Positions 8,624-17,169 are shown, counted from the first letter of the stretch. The stretch is DNA of 20,000 bases from an uncultured virus (IMG/VR IMGVR_UViG_3300009164_003518) (IMGVR_UViG_3300009164_003518:52958-72957); one strand, 5' to 3'. The notes: a model not told the origin generated them from the letters alone. A program made the numbers and translations.

Positions 8624-8957
8624 TTTCCTCAGCGATGACCAATCTCTTGAAAGTTTCGAAGTTTCCCCGTGCTCTATCAAGTCCGGGGTATTTTCCACAT
8701 AGCTCATCTAACTGCTTTTCCTCTGCTTGTTTTTTGCTTGCCCAATCTAATATAGATTCTGCTTCGGGTGTTAGGCTTACTGTAGGATAGAATACGCTAA
8801 ATTGTTTCCACATGTTGCCATCATTAACTTCCATACAGTTCATATTAGAGTTCCATCGAAGCATGCCGGCGCCTACTGATCCTGGGCTAATATATGGATC
8901 ACTTACACCGCTGTTTGAAATAGTAATATACTTACTGCCATTGATGTTTTTAATCAT
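8604..8957 (-). CDS. hypothetical protein
   Basis: 117-aa ORF, ATGA-coupled. Confidence 0.75.
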   Translation of the reverse strand: MIKNINGSKYITISNSGVSDPYISPGSVGAGMLRWNSNMNCMEVNDGNMWKQFSVFYPTVSLTPEAESILDWASKKQAEEKQLDELCGKYPGLDRARGNFETFKRLVIAEENVSQSV

Positions 8958-9181
8958 TCGTTACCACTCCATCTTAATATAAACCAGTCTCGTTGGCTTT
9001 CTTTACGGAAGCTGAACAATCTATCAGTCATCCGCATGCCTTTACCAAACTCGCTGTTACACCAATCTTCCATTTCTTTAAGTTGAATTTCAGAAACTGG
9101 TATCGCATCTTCGTTATCATCGTCTTCAATAACTATGCCAGGTAGTCTAAACATACCCACTTCACAGGTCTTAAGTTTCAT
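8954..9181 (-). CDS. hypothetical protein, FxLRW family
   Basis: Ends RDWFILRWSGNE; ATGA-coupled. Confidence 0.75.
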   Translation of the reverse strand: MKLKTCEVGMFRLPGIVIEDDDNEDAIPVSEIQLKEMEDWCNSEFGKGMRMTDRLFSFRKESQRDWFILRWSGNE

Positions 9182-9330
9182 AATGATTTAATCCGTTCAA
9201 TAATCTGTTTTGCATCTAACATGTTGCTGGTTTCTAATAGTTTTTCAATAATACTATCTTGTTGATTATACACGGGTTGACACATATAGTCAAGACTGTA
9301 CGGTTGTGTCCATTTAATTGAGTATTTCAT
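9178..9330 (-). CDS. small hypothetical protein (50 aa, MKYSIKWTQPY...), absent from the ORF track
   Basis: Hand-translated; fills the gap exactly with ATGA overlaps at both ends. Confidence 0.7.
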   Translation of the reverse strand: MKYSIKWTQPYSLDYMCQPVYNQQDSIIEKLLETSNMLDAKQIIERIKSL

Positions 9331-9608
9331 GAGCTCCACCTTAATAAGAACATGGTTATTTGTTTGTCGTTAGTAAATTGAAACATGTCGAAACTGATAC
9401 GCTTTCCACATTTACTATCCTGGCACCACTTTTGGATTGGATCCATGTCTGATTCTTTCAAACCCAATTCAAATCCTCTTTGTTGAGGCAACCATGTGGC
9501 TTTGAGTTTTCGTCCGGGCAGTTGATGCCAAATGATCTTAGGTGGATTAGGCAACATGCGCATGAATGCCTGCGCAGACATTGCTCGTTTACTGTTAAAC
9601 CCTGTCAT
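9327..9608 (-). CDS. hypothetical protein, FxLRW family
   Basis: Ends MFLLRWSS; ATG 9608 in ATGA overlap. Confidence 0.75.
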   Translation of the reverse strand: MTGFNSKRAMSAQAFMRMLPNPPKIIWHQLPGRKLKATWLPQQRGFELGLKESDMDPIQKWCQDSKCGKRISFDMFQFTNDKQITMFLLRWSS

Positions 9609-9931
9609 GACCACCTCAATATAAACCAATCACGATCTTTGGCATTACGGAACCAAAACTTGGCATTGTTCACATACCAACGTTGATCAGCTGTCCGTAC
9701 ACCGTCTTTATGTGTAGGACCAAATGAGTTAACCATCCATTCCATCATATCGCTCCACTTACCTTCTGCATTCATAGGAGCCACTGTGAGATACTCGTGA
9801 CCAAACACTGTACCCTTGCTGTACTCTAAGTAGTAATCAAATACATAGCCCATACCTTTAAGAACCTGCTTATCAATATCGTCAGACATGCGTTGTCCGG
9901 CAGCATCTAAGATTGCTTGTTCTAATGTCAT
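9605..9931 (-). CDS. hypothetical protein, FxLRW family
   Basis: Ends RDWFILRWS. Confidence 0.75.
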   Translation of the reverse strand: MTLEQAILDAAGQRMSDDIDKQVLKGMGYVFDYYLEYSKGTVFGHEYLTVAPMNAEGKWSDMMEWMVNSFGPTHKDGVRTADQRWYVNNAKFWFRNAKDRDWFILRWS

Positions 9932-10293
9932 TTACGTGCTAACTCCAACAGCATCACATACTTTTGATAGGCTTTTTCCACTGCGGGATTGTTCAGCCTA
10001 ACATTCCTATCTTGTTCATAACGTGCCATCAGTTGTCGTTCTGAGTCAAGTCTTTTGTAATGTCCTTCTGCATCTGTAACAAAACCTATAAGGCTGTCTA
10101 ATCTATCTTTGGGCATTAGGATGTCAACACAGTCTACTTCTTCAATTTGCATTGCTGTCTGATAGAAAGTATTATCGCTAACAGCATAATTCCAAGCATT
10201 TGTCTTGTGCCACATGTTAGGAATCCTGCGTAGCTTGCGACGGCTTTGCTCCACACGCATATCAAACTTGTTAAAAAATTCTTCTTCCTTCAT
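9928..10293 (-). CDS. hypothetical protein
   Basis: 121 aa, ends NPAVEKAYQKYVMLLEL. Confidence 0.75.
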   Translation of the reverse strand: MKEEEFFNKFDMRVEQSRRKLRRIPNMWHKTNAWNYAVSDNTFYQTAMQIEEVDCVDILMPKDRLDSLIGFVTDAEGHYKRLDSERQLMARYEQDRNVRLNNPAVEKAYQKYVMLLELARK

Positions 10294-10508
10294 GATAGAT
10301 ACTTTAATGCAAATAGTGTTGAATACTTTTCTTCATAGAAGGTAAAATTAGTAAAGCCCTTGACATCACCAATCATTGGATCCCAACGGCTTTGATTGTA
10401 GGCAAAGTCAAAATGCACACCCTGTACCAATCCGCTGGCACGTAGTTCTTTAACTATCTCAATTACAGCTACTGGATTTTTATCTTTGACAACAACGGTT
10501 ATAGCCAT
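10290..10508 (-). CDS. hypothetical protein, FxLK(W/Y) family
   Basis: Ends LFALKYLS. Confidence 0.7.
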   Translation of the reverse strand: MAITVVVKDKNPVAVIEIVKELRASGLVQGVHFDFAYNQSRWDPMIGDVKGFTNFTFYEEKYSTLFALKYLS

Positions 10509-10819
10509 TTAAGTTTGAACCAATTGGCTTCCTTGTCTGAGCGCAAATAGATCTTAGTGTCATAGAACTCAGTGTGCCAACACCAATGTGTGTTAACATT
10601 GAACTCGTCAGATAACATCTGCAGATAGTGTTCACGCTCACAGCTCATGCCCCACGTCTGTATGCACCAATCTCGGACCTCTTGAAACTTTGTAATCTTT
10701 TGACTCTTGTTTAGCTTGGTATGGATTATAGCAAACGAAGTGTTCTTAATGTCAACTACATAGGCAAACACATCTGAGCCAGTGTATCGCTTGTCTGTTT
10801 TCTTAACAGTGATCTTCAT
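10499..10819 (-). CDS. hypothetical protein, FxLKW family
   Basis: Ends NWFKLKWL. Confidence 0.75.
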   Translation of the reverse strand: MKITVKKTDKRYTGSDVFAYVVDIKNTSFAIIHTKLNKSQKITKFQEVRDWCIQTWGMSCEREHYLQMLSDEFNVNTHWCWHTEFYDTKIYLRSDKEANWFKLKWL

Positions 10820-11022
10820 TTGTCTTCAAAACCAAAGAGTACTTTTAAATCGGCGCCGAGCAGATGCCCGTGTTCCCAAGTGCTACGAGCATACCGATCG
10901 CACTCCAATATAACCATTTTAGTATATTGCTCCACTGCGGCTTCCCACTTGACTCGATCCTTGCCCAGGCCGTAGACATCAATATGTGATTCTCTAACAA
11001 GTTCTCTAATTCGTTCGTTCAT
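10816..11022 (-). CDS. hypothetical protein, MNERI family
   Basis: Paralog of 11019-11255 and 11617-11829. Confidence 0.75.
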   Translation of the reverse strand: MNERIRELVRESHIDVYGLGKDRVKWEAAVEQYTKMVILECDRYARSTWEHGHLLGADLKVLFGFEDK

Positions 11023-11255
11023 TCTTCAACTCCAAAATGTTGTTTAATCTGTTCACCTATCATACGGCCTGTCCAAGCAGGATGATCCTCACAAGTCTGT
11101 AACATTTCTTTTACAATCAACTCGGCGAACTTTTCTAATCCCATTCCGTTAGTATAAACAATCTTTTCAAGACCTATTGCTGATGGGATATACCATTCGC
11201 CATCCATAACTTTACATCCAGCCTGTTCAGCAAGTTGTCGAATTCGTTCGTTCAT
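11019..11255 (-). CDS. hypothetical protein, MNERI family
   Basis: MNERI...EKFAELIVKE...HFGVEE. Confidence 0.8.
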   Translation of the reverse strand: MNERIRQLAEQAGCKVMDGEWYIPSAIGLEKIVYTNGMGLEKFAELIVKEMLQTCEDHPAWTGRMIGEQIKQHFGVEE

Positions 11256-11620
11256 TCTTCAACTCCTTCTGCAGGTTGATTGGGTATGTTGTCGGTATCG
11301 CCATCCTGTGCAACTACAAACCCCAAGTCCAACATGGTTTTCTGTTCGTCCCAGACACAGTGAGGACGAAATACAAACAGCCGTAAAGTAAGATTATCTC
11401 GGCTGTAGTAAATCCTGTATCGTACCGGATCCTCACCCAGGGCCGTGGCAAGTTCTTGCAATGTAAAACTTTCCGGCCAATCTTCATTCACACTGGTGCG
11501 AGTCTGCTCAAAGTAGAAATCCTGCATACGCTGTATGGCACTACCTTTGCCCCACAATGTGTTTTGCTCACACCATTGAATGGTGCGGTCCAGCATCGCT
11601 GTTGTAATTTCATTGTTCAT
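11252..11620 (-). CDS. hypothetical protein
   Basis: 122 aa; shares only its ends (MN.., GVEE) with the neighbouring family. Confidence 0.75.
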   Translation of the reverse strand: MNNEITTAMLDRTIQWCEQNTLWGKGSAIQRMQDFYFEQTRTSVNEDWPESFTLQELATALGEDPVRYRIYYSRDNLTLRLFVFRPHCVWDEQKTMLDLGFVVAQDGDTDNIPNQPAEGVEE

Positions 11621-11829
11621 TCTTCAACTCCGAAATGTTCTGCCAATGCATTATATGCTGTAGGACTTGCACACTTTTTAGCAACAACTTCCATACATTC
11701 CTTAACAATCAACTCAGCGAACTTTTCGTGATACACTTTTGCCCAGTTTTCTATATCAAGATTGTTTGGATGCAACTCGTCAGCATGTTGTCTTGCCAGT
11801 AGCGCAAGGTATTCGATTCTTTCGTTCAT
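11617..11829 (-). CDS. hypothetical protein, MNERI family
   Basis: MNERI...EKFAELIVKEC...HFGVEE. Confidence 0.8.
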   Translation of the reverse strand: MNERIEYLALLARQHADELHPNNLDIENWAKVYHEKFAELIVKECMEVVAKKCASPTAYNALAEHFGVEE

Positions 11830-12068
11830 TTGCGTAGTCCTTTGATATCTTTATATTTGACACGAATAATAGTGTGCCATTCTTTACCAATCTTCATAGG
11901 CAAGTCCAGACTGACACTGACCATAGGCCCTTCTGGCTCATTACGCATATTGTCTGTATAGGCAGTGCCCACAAAAGGTATCTTCATATATGTGCCTTCA
12001 ACCCTATCGCCAAACTTGTATTTGGGCTTAGGTCGATTGGCTTCAAAGTATTCAGCAAGACTTGCCAT
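11826..12068 (-). CDS. hypothetical protein, possibly SH3-like beta barrel
   Basis: 80 aa, YKFGDRVEG motif; coupled overlaps. Confidence 0.7.
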   Translation of the reverse strand: MASLAEYFEANRPKPKYKFGDRVEGTYMKIPFVGTAYTDNMRNEPEGPMVSVSLDLPMKIGKEWHTIIRVKYKDIKGLRK

Positions 12069-12289
12069 TAGATAACCCTGCCTAATCCTAACCAGATAAG
12101 TTGTTCAAGCTCAGTTTGATAGTCCTGTCCTAATCTACGTTTTTCGTAAATAGTCTGCAGGATCTCTTTGCCATCGCTGAAGCTGCCTGTGCCTGCACCG
12201 CGGCTTTCTAATTCTTCAATCAGGTCGTCTGTATCAAACTCTGATAAGTCAACATCTACCTCTACCTCGGTGTAAATTGTTTTATACAT
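12068..12289 (-). CDS. hypothetical acidic protein
   Basis: 73 aa, EVEVDVDLSEFDTDDLIEELE; AAGGA RBS. Confidence 0.75.
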   Translation of the reverse strand: MYKTIYTEVEVDVDLSEFDTDDLIEELESRGAGTGSFSDGKEILQTIYEKRRLGQDYQTELEQLIWLGLGRVI

Positions 12290-12740
12290 TATGTTCCTTT
12301 GTTAGTTCTACTACAAATAAAAACTTCTCATAAGCCTTGCGAACGATTGGGTTAGCCAATAGTTTGTCTGCTTCTTCTTGCATAGCTTTAACTCCTGCTT
12401 CGGCACAGTCGTGTACACTCAACCCGTGTAATGTACACAGGTCGTCACCAAACTCTTTGGCTAACTTTTCCCAAGCTCGCTTCTGCCCTACTGTGATAGG
12501 AGTACTCTTTGGACGCAGTTCGCTGGCTTTTGATATAGCCCGACAAATAGCATCTTCAGCTACACGGCCTGCGGCAATCATGGCAGCATAGTCAGGGTCG
12601 ATGTTATAGCGAGTACTTTTACCGCCAGGGTAGCTCATGACCAAATGTGTGCCTTTGGTAAAGCTGTCAAGGAAATTGTTGTCGTACTCGCTCACAGGCA
12701 CATACTTGCGGCCTATCTTTTCGTAGTAAATCTTTTTCAT
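12282..12740 (-). CDS. hypothetical protein (MKKIYYEK...)
   Basis: ATG 12740 avoids overlap with the upstream gene; ends NPIVRKAYEKF..VEL. Confidence 0.75.
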   Translation of the reverse strand: MKKIYYEKIGRKYVPVSEYDNNFLDSFTKGTHLVMSYPGGKSTRYNIDPDYAAMIAAGRVAEDAICRAISKASELRPKSTPITVGQKRAWEKLAKEFGDDLCTLHGLSVHDCAEAGVKAMQEEADKLLANPIVRKAYEKFLFVVELTKEHNV

Positions 12741-12750
12741 TGTACGAATC

Positions 12751-13521
12751 TCAAAATTGTTTATCAACAATATGATTATACATGATATCTTTAACTTTGT
12801 CAAACCTTTCTTGTTTATTCTTTGCGCCAAGAATAACTATGTAAAAGATTTGGCTATTCTGTTCAACTACTAAACCAACACACCAACCGGCCGGATTTGT
12901 AAATCCAGTTTTGGTAACAACAATATTGTCAAATTCAAATAACACCGGTGCATTGGTGTTTGGCAATACTATCTTTCGAATTTGTTTTTTAGCCTGAGTT
13001 TCAAATATTGCCTGTTTCTTAATACTGGTTGCTCGAATAAACTCGTTCTCTGAACTGGCTTTGAGTAGTTTAGCAACATCTCGAGCAGTACTTACATTGA
13101 ACACACTTAGTCCCGAAGGATCAATAAACTTAGTGTCAGTCATACCAAGTAGGTGAGCTTTTTGATTCATTGCTTTTAGAAAGCCTACGCGACCATTTGG
13201 GTAGTCTTCTGCTAATGTTTCAGCGGCTGCATTGTCACTGCGAACTAACATAGCAGTTAATAATTCTTCACGTGTATAACGATTTCTTGGTAATAGACTT
13301 CCAAACCTACTATGCAATGGTAACAGTGCATAGGGCGCATTACCGCTGTCCAATGCAACAAGGGCAGTCATTAACTTAGTAAGGCTGGCAAAAGGTCGCA
13401 CCCGATCAGGCGCCTGTGCAATTATAGTTTTATTAGTAGTTTGATTAAACAACAAGATGCTGGGCTCGGTGGCCCAGCATGTGTTCGATACAACGATAAT
13501 AACTGCCGCTATAAATCGCAT
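12751..13521 (-). CDS. D-alanyl-D-alanine carboxy/endopeptidase (peptidase S11, PBP7/PbpG-like)
   Basis: Signal peptide; SxxK (ASLTK), SxN (SDN) and KTG motifs; MNQKA..LGM..T.F.DPSGL. Confidence 0.92.
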   Translation of the reverse strand: MRFIAAVIIVVSNTCWATEPSILLFNQTTNKTIIAQAPDRVRPFASLTKLMTALVALDSGNAPYALLPLHSRFGSLLPRNRYTREELLTAMLVRSDNAAAETLAEDYPNGRVGFLKAMNQKAHLLGMTDTKFIDPSGLSVFNVSTARDVAKLLKASSENEFIRATSIKKQAIFETQAKKQIRKIVLPNTNAPVLFEFDNIVVTKTGFTNPAGWCVGLVVEQNSQIFYIVILGAKNKQERFDKVKDIMYNHIVDKQF

Positions 13522-13533
13522 ACATCGACAATA

Positions 13534-14094
13534 TTACAACTGAGTTTCTTTCCACCGATCTGCACGGGCACGTGAGCCTTCTGGATCAATGTGATACTCA
13601 TCAATAGCATGACGTAACGCTTGTTCTACAAACTGATTAAAAGTTATATCTTTTTCATGTGCCATTTTCATATATTGAAGGAGCTCATGATCCGGGATAT
13701 CAATTGGTAAACTTACACGAGTATCATAGTCTTCACCTTCTTTAATGGCCAAACACTTTTGGAAGAAGTCATCGTCGACTTCTAAATCTATATAGTCTAC
13801 TTCGTCCCACGCTTGGTCTTTGTTGATGCCACGATGGTCAGCTTCATCCTGCATGTCTGCACTGAAGTCTGAATTGATCATTCGGTATGCACGGTTGTGT
13901 ACATAGTCATGTGCTTGAACTTCGTAGACTGTTTGATTGTCAGTATCAAAAATAATACTAAAACTATATCCGTCTTGCTCTCCATTCCAACTGTCCAATT
14001 GATAGACATCGGTGCCATAACATTGCCAGCCGTAATTGCTGCCTTCTGTAATGCGATAATCTACAAGTTCCATCCATTCTTTAATAGTGATCAT
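13534..14094 (-). CDS. hypothetical protein with possible C-terminal ribbon-helix-helix
   Basis: 186 aa; VSLPIDIPD..L..YMKMAHEKDITFNQFVEQAL resembles an RHH pattern. Confidence 0.7.
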   Translation of the reverse strand: MITIKEWMELVDYRITEGSNYGWQCYGTDVYQLDSWNGEQDGYSFSIIFDTDNQTVYEVQAHDYVHNRAYRMINSDFSADMQDEADHRGINKDQAWDEVDYIDLEVDDDFFQKCLAIKEGEDYDTRVSLPIDIPDHELLQYMKMAHEKDITFNQFVEQALRHAIDEYHIDPEGSRARADRWKETQL

Positions 14095-14414
14095 TTTATA
14101 ACTTCCTTTGATTTGTGGGTAACGAAAACTGACTTGCCTTTTTCTCTAATTAAGTCTGCTAACTCTTGCGGACTGTCCTTACTGTACTCGATTACAGTTT
14201 CTATATCAACACTGCTCCAAAAGGTCCATATCTCTGGGAACCTTTGCGGGTTTGCTTTGGCCCGCATGATCAATGCTCCTATGGGGAACTTACTCGTTGC
14301 GGGCTTGTCTGTTAGGGCGGCCCACATTGCTTTTTTATCTAACTCTGTGAGATCAACTACACACTCAAAGCCCAGAGTATCAAAATAGGCAAGTAATAGA
14401 TTATCCTGTTGCAT
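14091..14414 (-). CDS. hypothetical protein
   Basis: 107-aa ORF, ATGA-coupled. Confidence 0.75.
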   Translation of the reverse strand: MQQDNLLLAYFDTLGFECVVDLTELDKKAMWAALTDKPATSKFPIGALIMRAKANPQRFPEIWTFWSSVDIETVIEYSKDSPQELADLIREKGKSVFVTHKSKEVIK

Positions 14415-14416
14415 AA

Positions 14417-15091
14417 TTAACCTTGTACTGTTACGGCCTGTTCAAATAGCCATTCGTCGTTAAGTGTAGCATCGCTGATAAACTCTGGATTGTGTACGAA
14501 ACAACGATCCTTCTTAGACTCGTAAGTGATTACCAAAGTCTTGTCAGTGTCTGCATGATTACGCACATGATGCTTCTTAACTGAGTCTGCTGGTTTAACC
14601 TGTACAGGATAGTCTCCAATCCAAGCATCAATGCCCTGTGTTTCTTCTTCGGCTGTACTCCAACGATGTTCAAGGTCAAAGTATTTGGCCACTGCCAGTA
14701 CACTGTGATACTCACCGCTCATGCCATAATGGGTTTTGTTAATTACCAAGTCTGTGATGTAGGCTTCGGCAACTGCTTTGGTGAACACAGTTCTATCTAA
14801 CGGCATCTTTGACAGCATGTCCCAGAGCTTGTCTGCGGCACTGGCTATCTTTGCTTGTCCTTTATGCTGAGTAAAGTAGAACTCCTGCCATGCTTCAACA
14901 GAATGTCCTGTTGTCTGCTTTGTGGCTAAAAACTCTGTAAACAGCTCTTTCATACTGCCCACAGTCTTTACCTGTGTGGCTTTGCTGTTTTGAGTAGCAA
15001 TGTTCAACACAGGCTTTGAGTACTTAGGAAAGTCAAAGTCACTGTTGCGTTTAGTCAACGATTGAAAGTGTTTGGCAGTAAGTGTTAGCAT
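14417..15091 (-). CDS. MjaI-family type II restriction endonuclease (PD-(D/E)xK)
   Basis: FPKY...LN.A.QN...T....VG.M.EL..EF; W..FY; LVI.KT..G; T.EEE.QGIDAWIG..PVQVKP, matching the RE_MjaI pattern as recalled. Confidence 0.8.
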   Translation of the reverse strand: MLTLTAKHFQSLTKRNSDFDFPKYSKPVLNIATQNSKATQVKTVGSMKELFTEFLATKQTTGHSVEAWQEFYFTQHKGQAKIASAADKLWDMLSKMPLDRTVFTKAVAEAYITDLVINKTHYGMSGEYHSVLAVAKYFDLEHRWSTAEEETQGIDAWIGDYPVQVKPADSVKKHHVRNHADTDKTLVITYESKKDRCFVHNPEFISDATLNDEWLFEQAVTVQG

Positions 15092-15117
15092 ATGAGTAGT
15101 TCTTAAACAATACAGTA

Positions 15118-15146
15118 ATTATACAACGGATCTTGATCCCTGTCAA
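15118..15146 (-). promoter_or_regulatory. perfect sigma70 promoter driving the REase and downstream genes
   Basis: TTGACA-17-TATAAT. Confidence 0.9.
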
Positions 15147-15167
15147 CAATTATCTCAGCCAAACAGC

Positions 15168-15998
15168 TTAATCTACTGCGGGAATTGGGCAACGTAGATC
15201 TATTTGACTAACCCTATTGGCTATACGAACTTCATCAAAATAAGCAACCTGTGTGGGCATTGGCGCACCGTGTCTACTGACAAAACTGCGATAGATACCA
15301 TATTTAAAGTAAAAGTAATCAGGATCCCAAGTTACCACAGGCGATGCTATGTCTGCTTTGACTTGGCCATTAACCCATACTTTGAGCTTGCCAGTACGGC
15401 TGTTAGTGTCAATTTCAAACTGTACATCTGTCCACTTGCCCTGCATGTCTGCCAGCTTGGCCAAGGGCCAATATTCGCACTTGTCCACTACATTGTTAAT
15501 GTCACCTGTGAGTCTGTGTATGCACATTTGATACTGCCCGTTCCACAGTTCAAATTGCAGTAAGGGGCCATTCTTAAACCAGGCCTTTTGGTGCAGTTGA
15601 CCCAGGGTGGTCTTTACTATGGGGCTGTCTTGGAACCCTGGCTCAAGATACACACTCCAGCTGATGGCTGTTTGGCTGGCTGGACGTATTTGTGCATCAG
15701 TGACCCATTCACTGCGTTCTCGATCTTGCTGGCAATCACTCCATGTGGCGTCAGCTGAACAGTCACCTGGGCGTACTTCGTAGCGTTGGGCTCGGGTACC
15801 CATGCGTACAGGTGTAGTGACTTGAGCCCACCCCCATGCTGTGTCACTGAGACTACGGCGCCCGGGAGCGGCCCAGCTTTGGCTGGTAGGCTCGCATACT
15901 GCTTTTGCTTCGGCCTCGCTGATAGCTGAACCCCCACCACCCCCACAGGCCTGCAGGGCTATGGCCAGGGCCACAATGGTAAACTTAGGCTTTAACAT
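15168..15998 (-). CDS. polysaccharide lyase-like lipoprotein (Polysacc_lyase beta-jelly roll)
   Basis: Lipobox LQAC plus Gly linker; RERSE, GQLH, GKWTD, KVWVNG, YFKYGIYR; AGGAG RBS before ATG 15998. Confidence 0.8.
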   Translation of the reverse strand: MLKPKFTIVALAIALQACGGGGGSAISEAEAKAVCEPTSQSWAAPGRRSLSDTAWGWAQVTTPVRMGTRAQRYEVRPGDCSADATWSDCQQDRERSEWVTDAQIRPASQTAISWSVYLEPGFQDSPIVKTTLGQLHQKAWFKNGPLLQFELWNGQYQMCIHRLTGDINNVVDKCEYWPLAKLADMQGKWTDVQFEIDTNSRTGKLKVWVNGQVKADIASPVVTWDPDYFYFKYGIYRSFVSRHGAPMPTQVAYFDEVRIANRVSQIDLRCPIPAVD

Positions 15999-16323
15999 GT
16001 TTACAGTCTCCTCTGTATGTGTACCCTGGGCAGGTACAGGTTTTCTCTGTTGTGTTGACAAAATACACTTGGCCCTTTGAGCCCTGTACTTCTACTACGT
16101 CACTGGGTGTGAGCACATTGAATGACCCTGTGAACTGGGCTGAGTCCACGGGTTCAAACTTACGTCCCGAGCGGCTGATGGTGATGGGCTTCTTAAACCA
16201 AAAGGGCTCTGTGGTACCCAGACGTATATAAGCCAGCATCTTGTCGCCACTGAGCAGGTAGGTGTGGTTCACTTGGGTAGCACCATCGGTCCATTGGGTT
16301 ATTTCTTTGAAGGCCTGTTCCAT
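15985..16323 (-). CDS. SWIM zinc-finger protein
   Basis: GSKG..Y.V.....CTCPGYTYRGDCKH; ATG 16323 in TAATG overlap. Confidence 0.8.
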   Translation of the reverse strand: MEQAFKEITQWTDGATQVNHTYLLSGDKMLAYIRLGTTEPFWFKKPITISRSGRKFEPVDSAQFTGSFNVLTPSDVVEVQGSKGQVYFVNTTEKTCTCPGYTYRGDCKHVKA

Positions 16324-16517
16324 TACCACTGCTCCCCACGTTGGCGGCGAATGATGGCCTCGTTCTGCATGTTGGGTAACTGTTGCCAAGTCTCACCACA
16401 GCGTATGCAGGGGTCATAGGGTTTGTAGCCCATACTTTGCTTTTTTACTGCATAGTAGAACTCAGGGCTGGCACAGCCTGTGAGCAGGGTCACGATGATT
16501 AAGTATATAATACGCAT
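16323..16517 (-). CDS. small lipoprotein with CxxC
   Basis: Lipobox LTGC; PCIRCGE. Confidence 0.7.
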   Translation of the reverse strand: MRIIYLIIVTLLTGCASPEFYYAVKKQSMGYKPYDPCIRCGETWQQLPNMQNEAIIRRQRGEQW

Positions 16518-16521
16518 GATA

Positions 16522-17109
16522 TTAATGGCGTGTTATGCCCAGAGTGATTCTGCCCGGTGTTCGACCGTGCTCTTTAACAAACTGATTGCCTTTGTAAGCA
16601 TGACAGCACTTGCAGAGGGTTTGAAAATTGCTGGGCTTATCGTTACTGGGGTTTTCATCTATGTGATCCACATCTAACATACCGCTCCAAGCTATGGTAG
16701 TGGTACATACAAAACCCAGTCTGCCGTCCTGATTCTCGCAATGGTCTTTGCGATATTGCCGATAAGGATGTCGACTGTTAACATAGTCAGCATGGGAGGT
16801 GAATCCTGCTTTGTGTGCCACTACGTCGTCGATGTTTCTAATCCAATCTGCGCCTGTTTTCTCTGCGTAGCGTTTGGCTGTGCGCTGATGATGACACTGA
16901 CTGCAGACTGTTCTATACACAGGCTCTCCTGAAGTCCAGTGCCAATCCTGTACCGCTCGTTCGTTTGAACAGCCTTCTTCAGAGCAACGGGGGTGAACCA
17001 TACTGCTATAAACCCTGTGTGGCTTCCTGGGTGTGCCCTGTGCAAGAGCAATTTCTCGGGCTGTGTTGTGCCCAAATTGATTGAGTTCTCTAATAGTATA
17101 GCGAGCCAT
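16522..17109 (-). CDS. HNH endonuclease-like protein with N-terminal Zn finger
   Basis: CSEEGC...CSQCH; LDVDHIDENPSN...NFQTLCKCCH. Confidence 0.8.
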   Translation of the reverse strand: MARYTIRELNQFGHNTAREIALAQGTPRKPHRVYSSMVHPRCSEEGCSNERAVQDWHWTSGEPVYRTVCSQCHHQRTAKRYAEKTGADWIRNIDDVVAHKAGFTSHADYVNSRHPYRQYRKDHCENQDGRLGFVCTTTIAWSGMLDVDHIDENPSNDKPSNFQTLCKCCHAYKGNQFVKEHGRTPGRITLGITRH

Positions 17110-17139
17110 AAAGTCCCTTTGTGTGTTAGTGTAGTGTTT

Positions 17140-17168
17140 ATTATAACAGTTATCCCGAACTCAGTCAA
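17140..17168 (-). promoter_or_regulatory. sigma70-type promoter
   Basis: TTGACT-17-TATAAT. Confidence 0.85.
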
Positions 17169-17169
17169 C

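Larger units (their letters stand above)
11008..11631. repeat. gene-junction direct repeats
   Basis: AATTCGTTCGTTCATTCTTCAACTCC identical at 11008-11033 and 11241-11266; 17-bp core at 11615-11631. Confidence 0.9.

Noticed and set aside
11008..11631. CRISPR array or integron attC sites
   Set aside because: Spacing is irregular and gene-sized, the repeats are coding junctions, and there is no attC-like palindrome or integrase.
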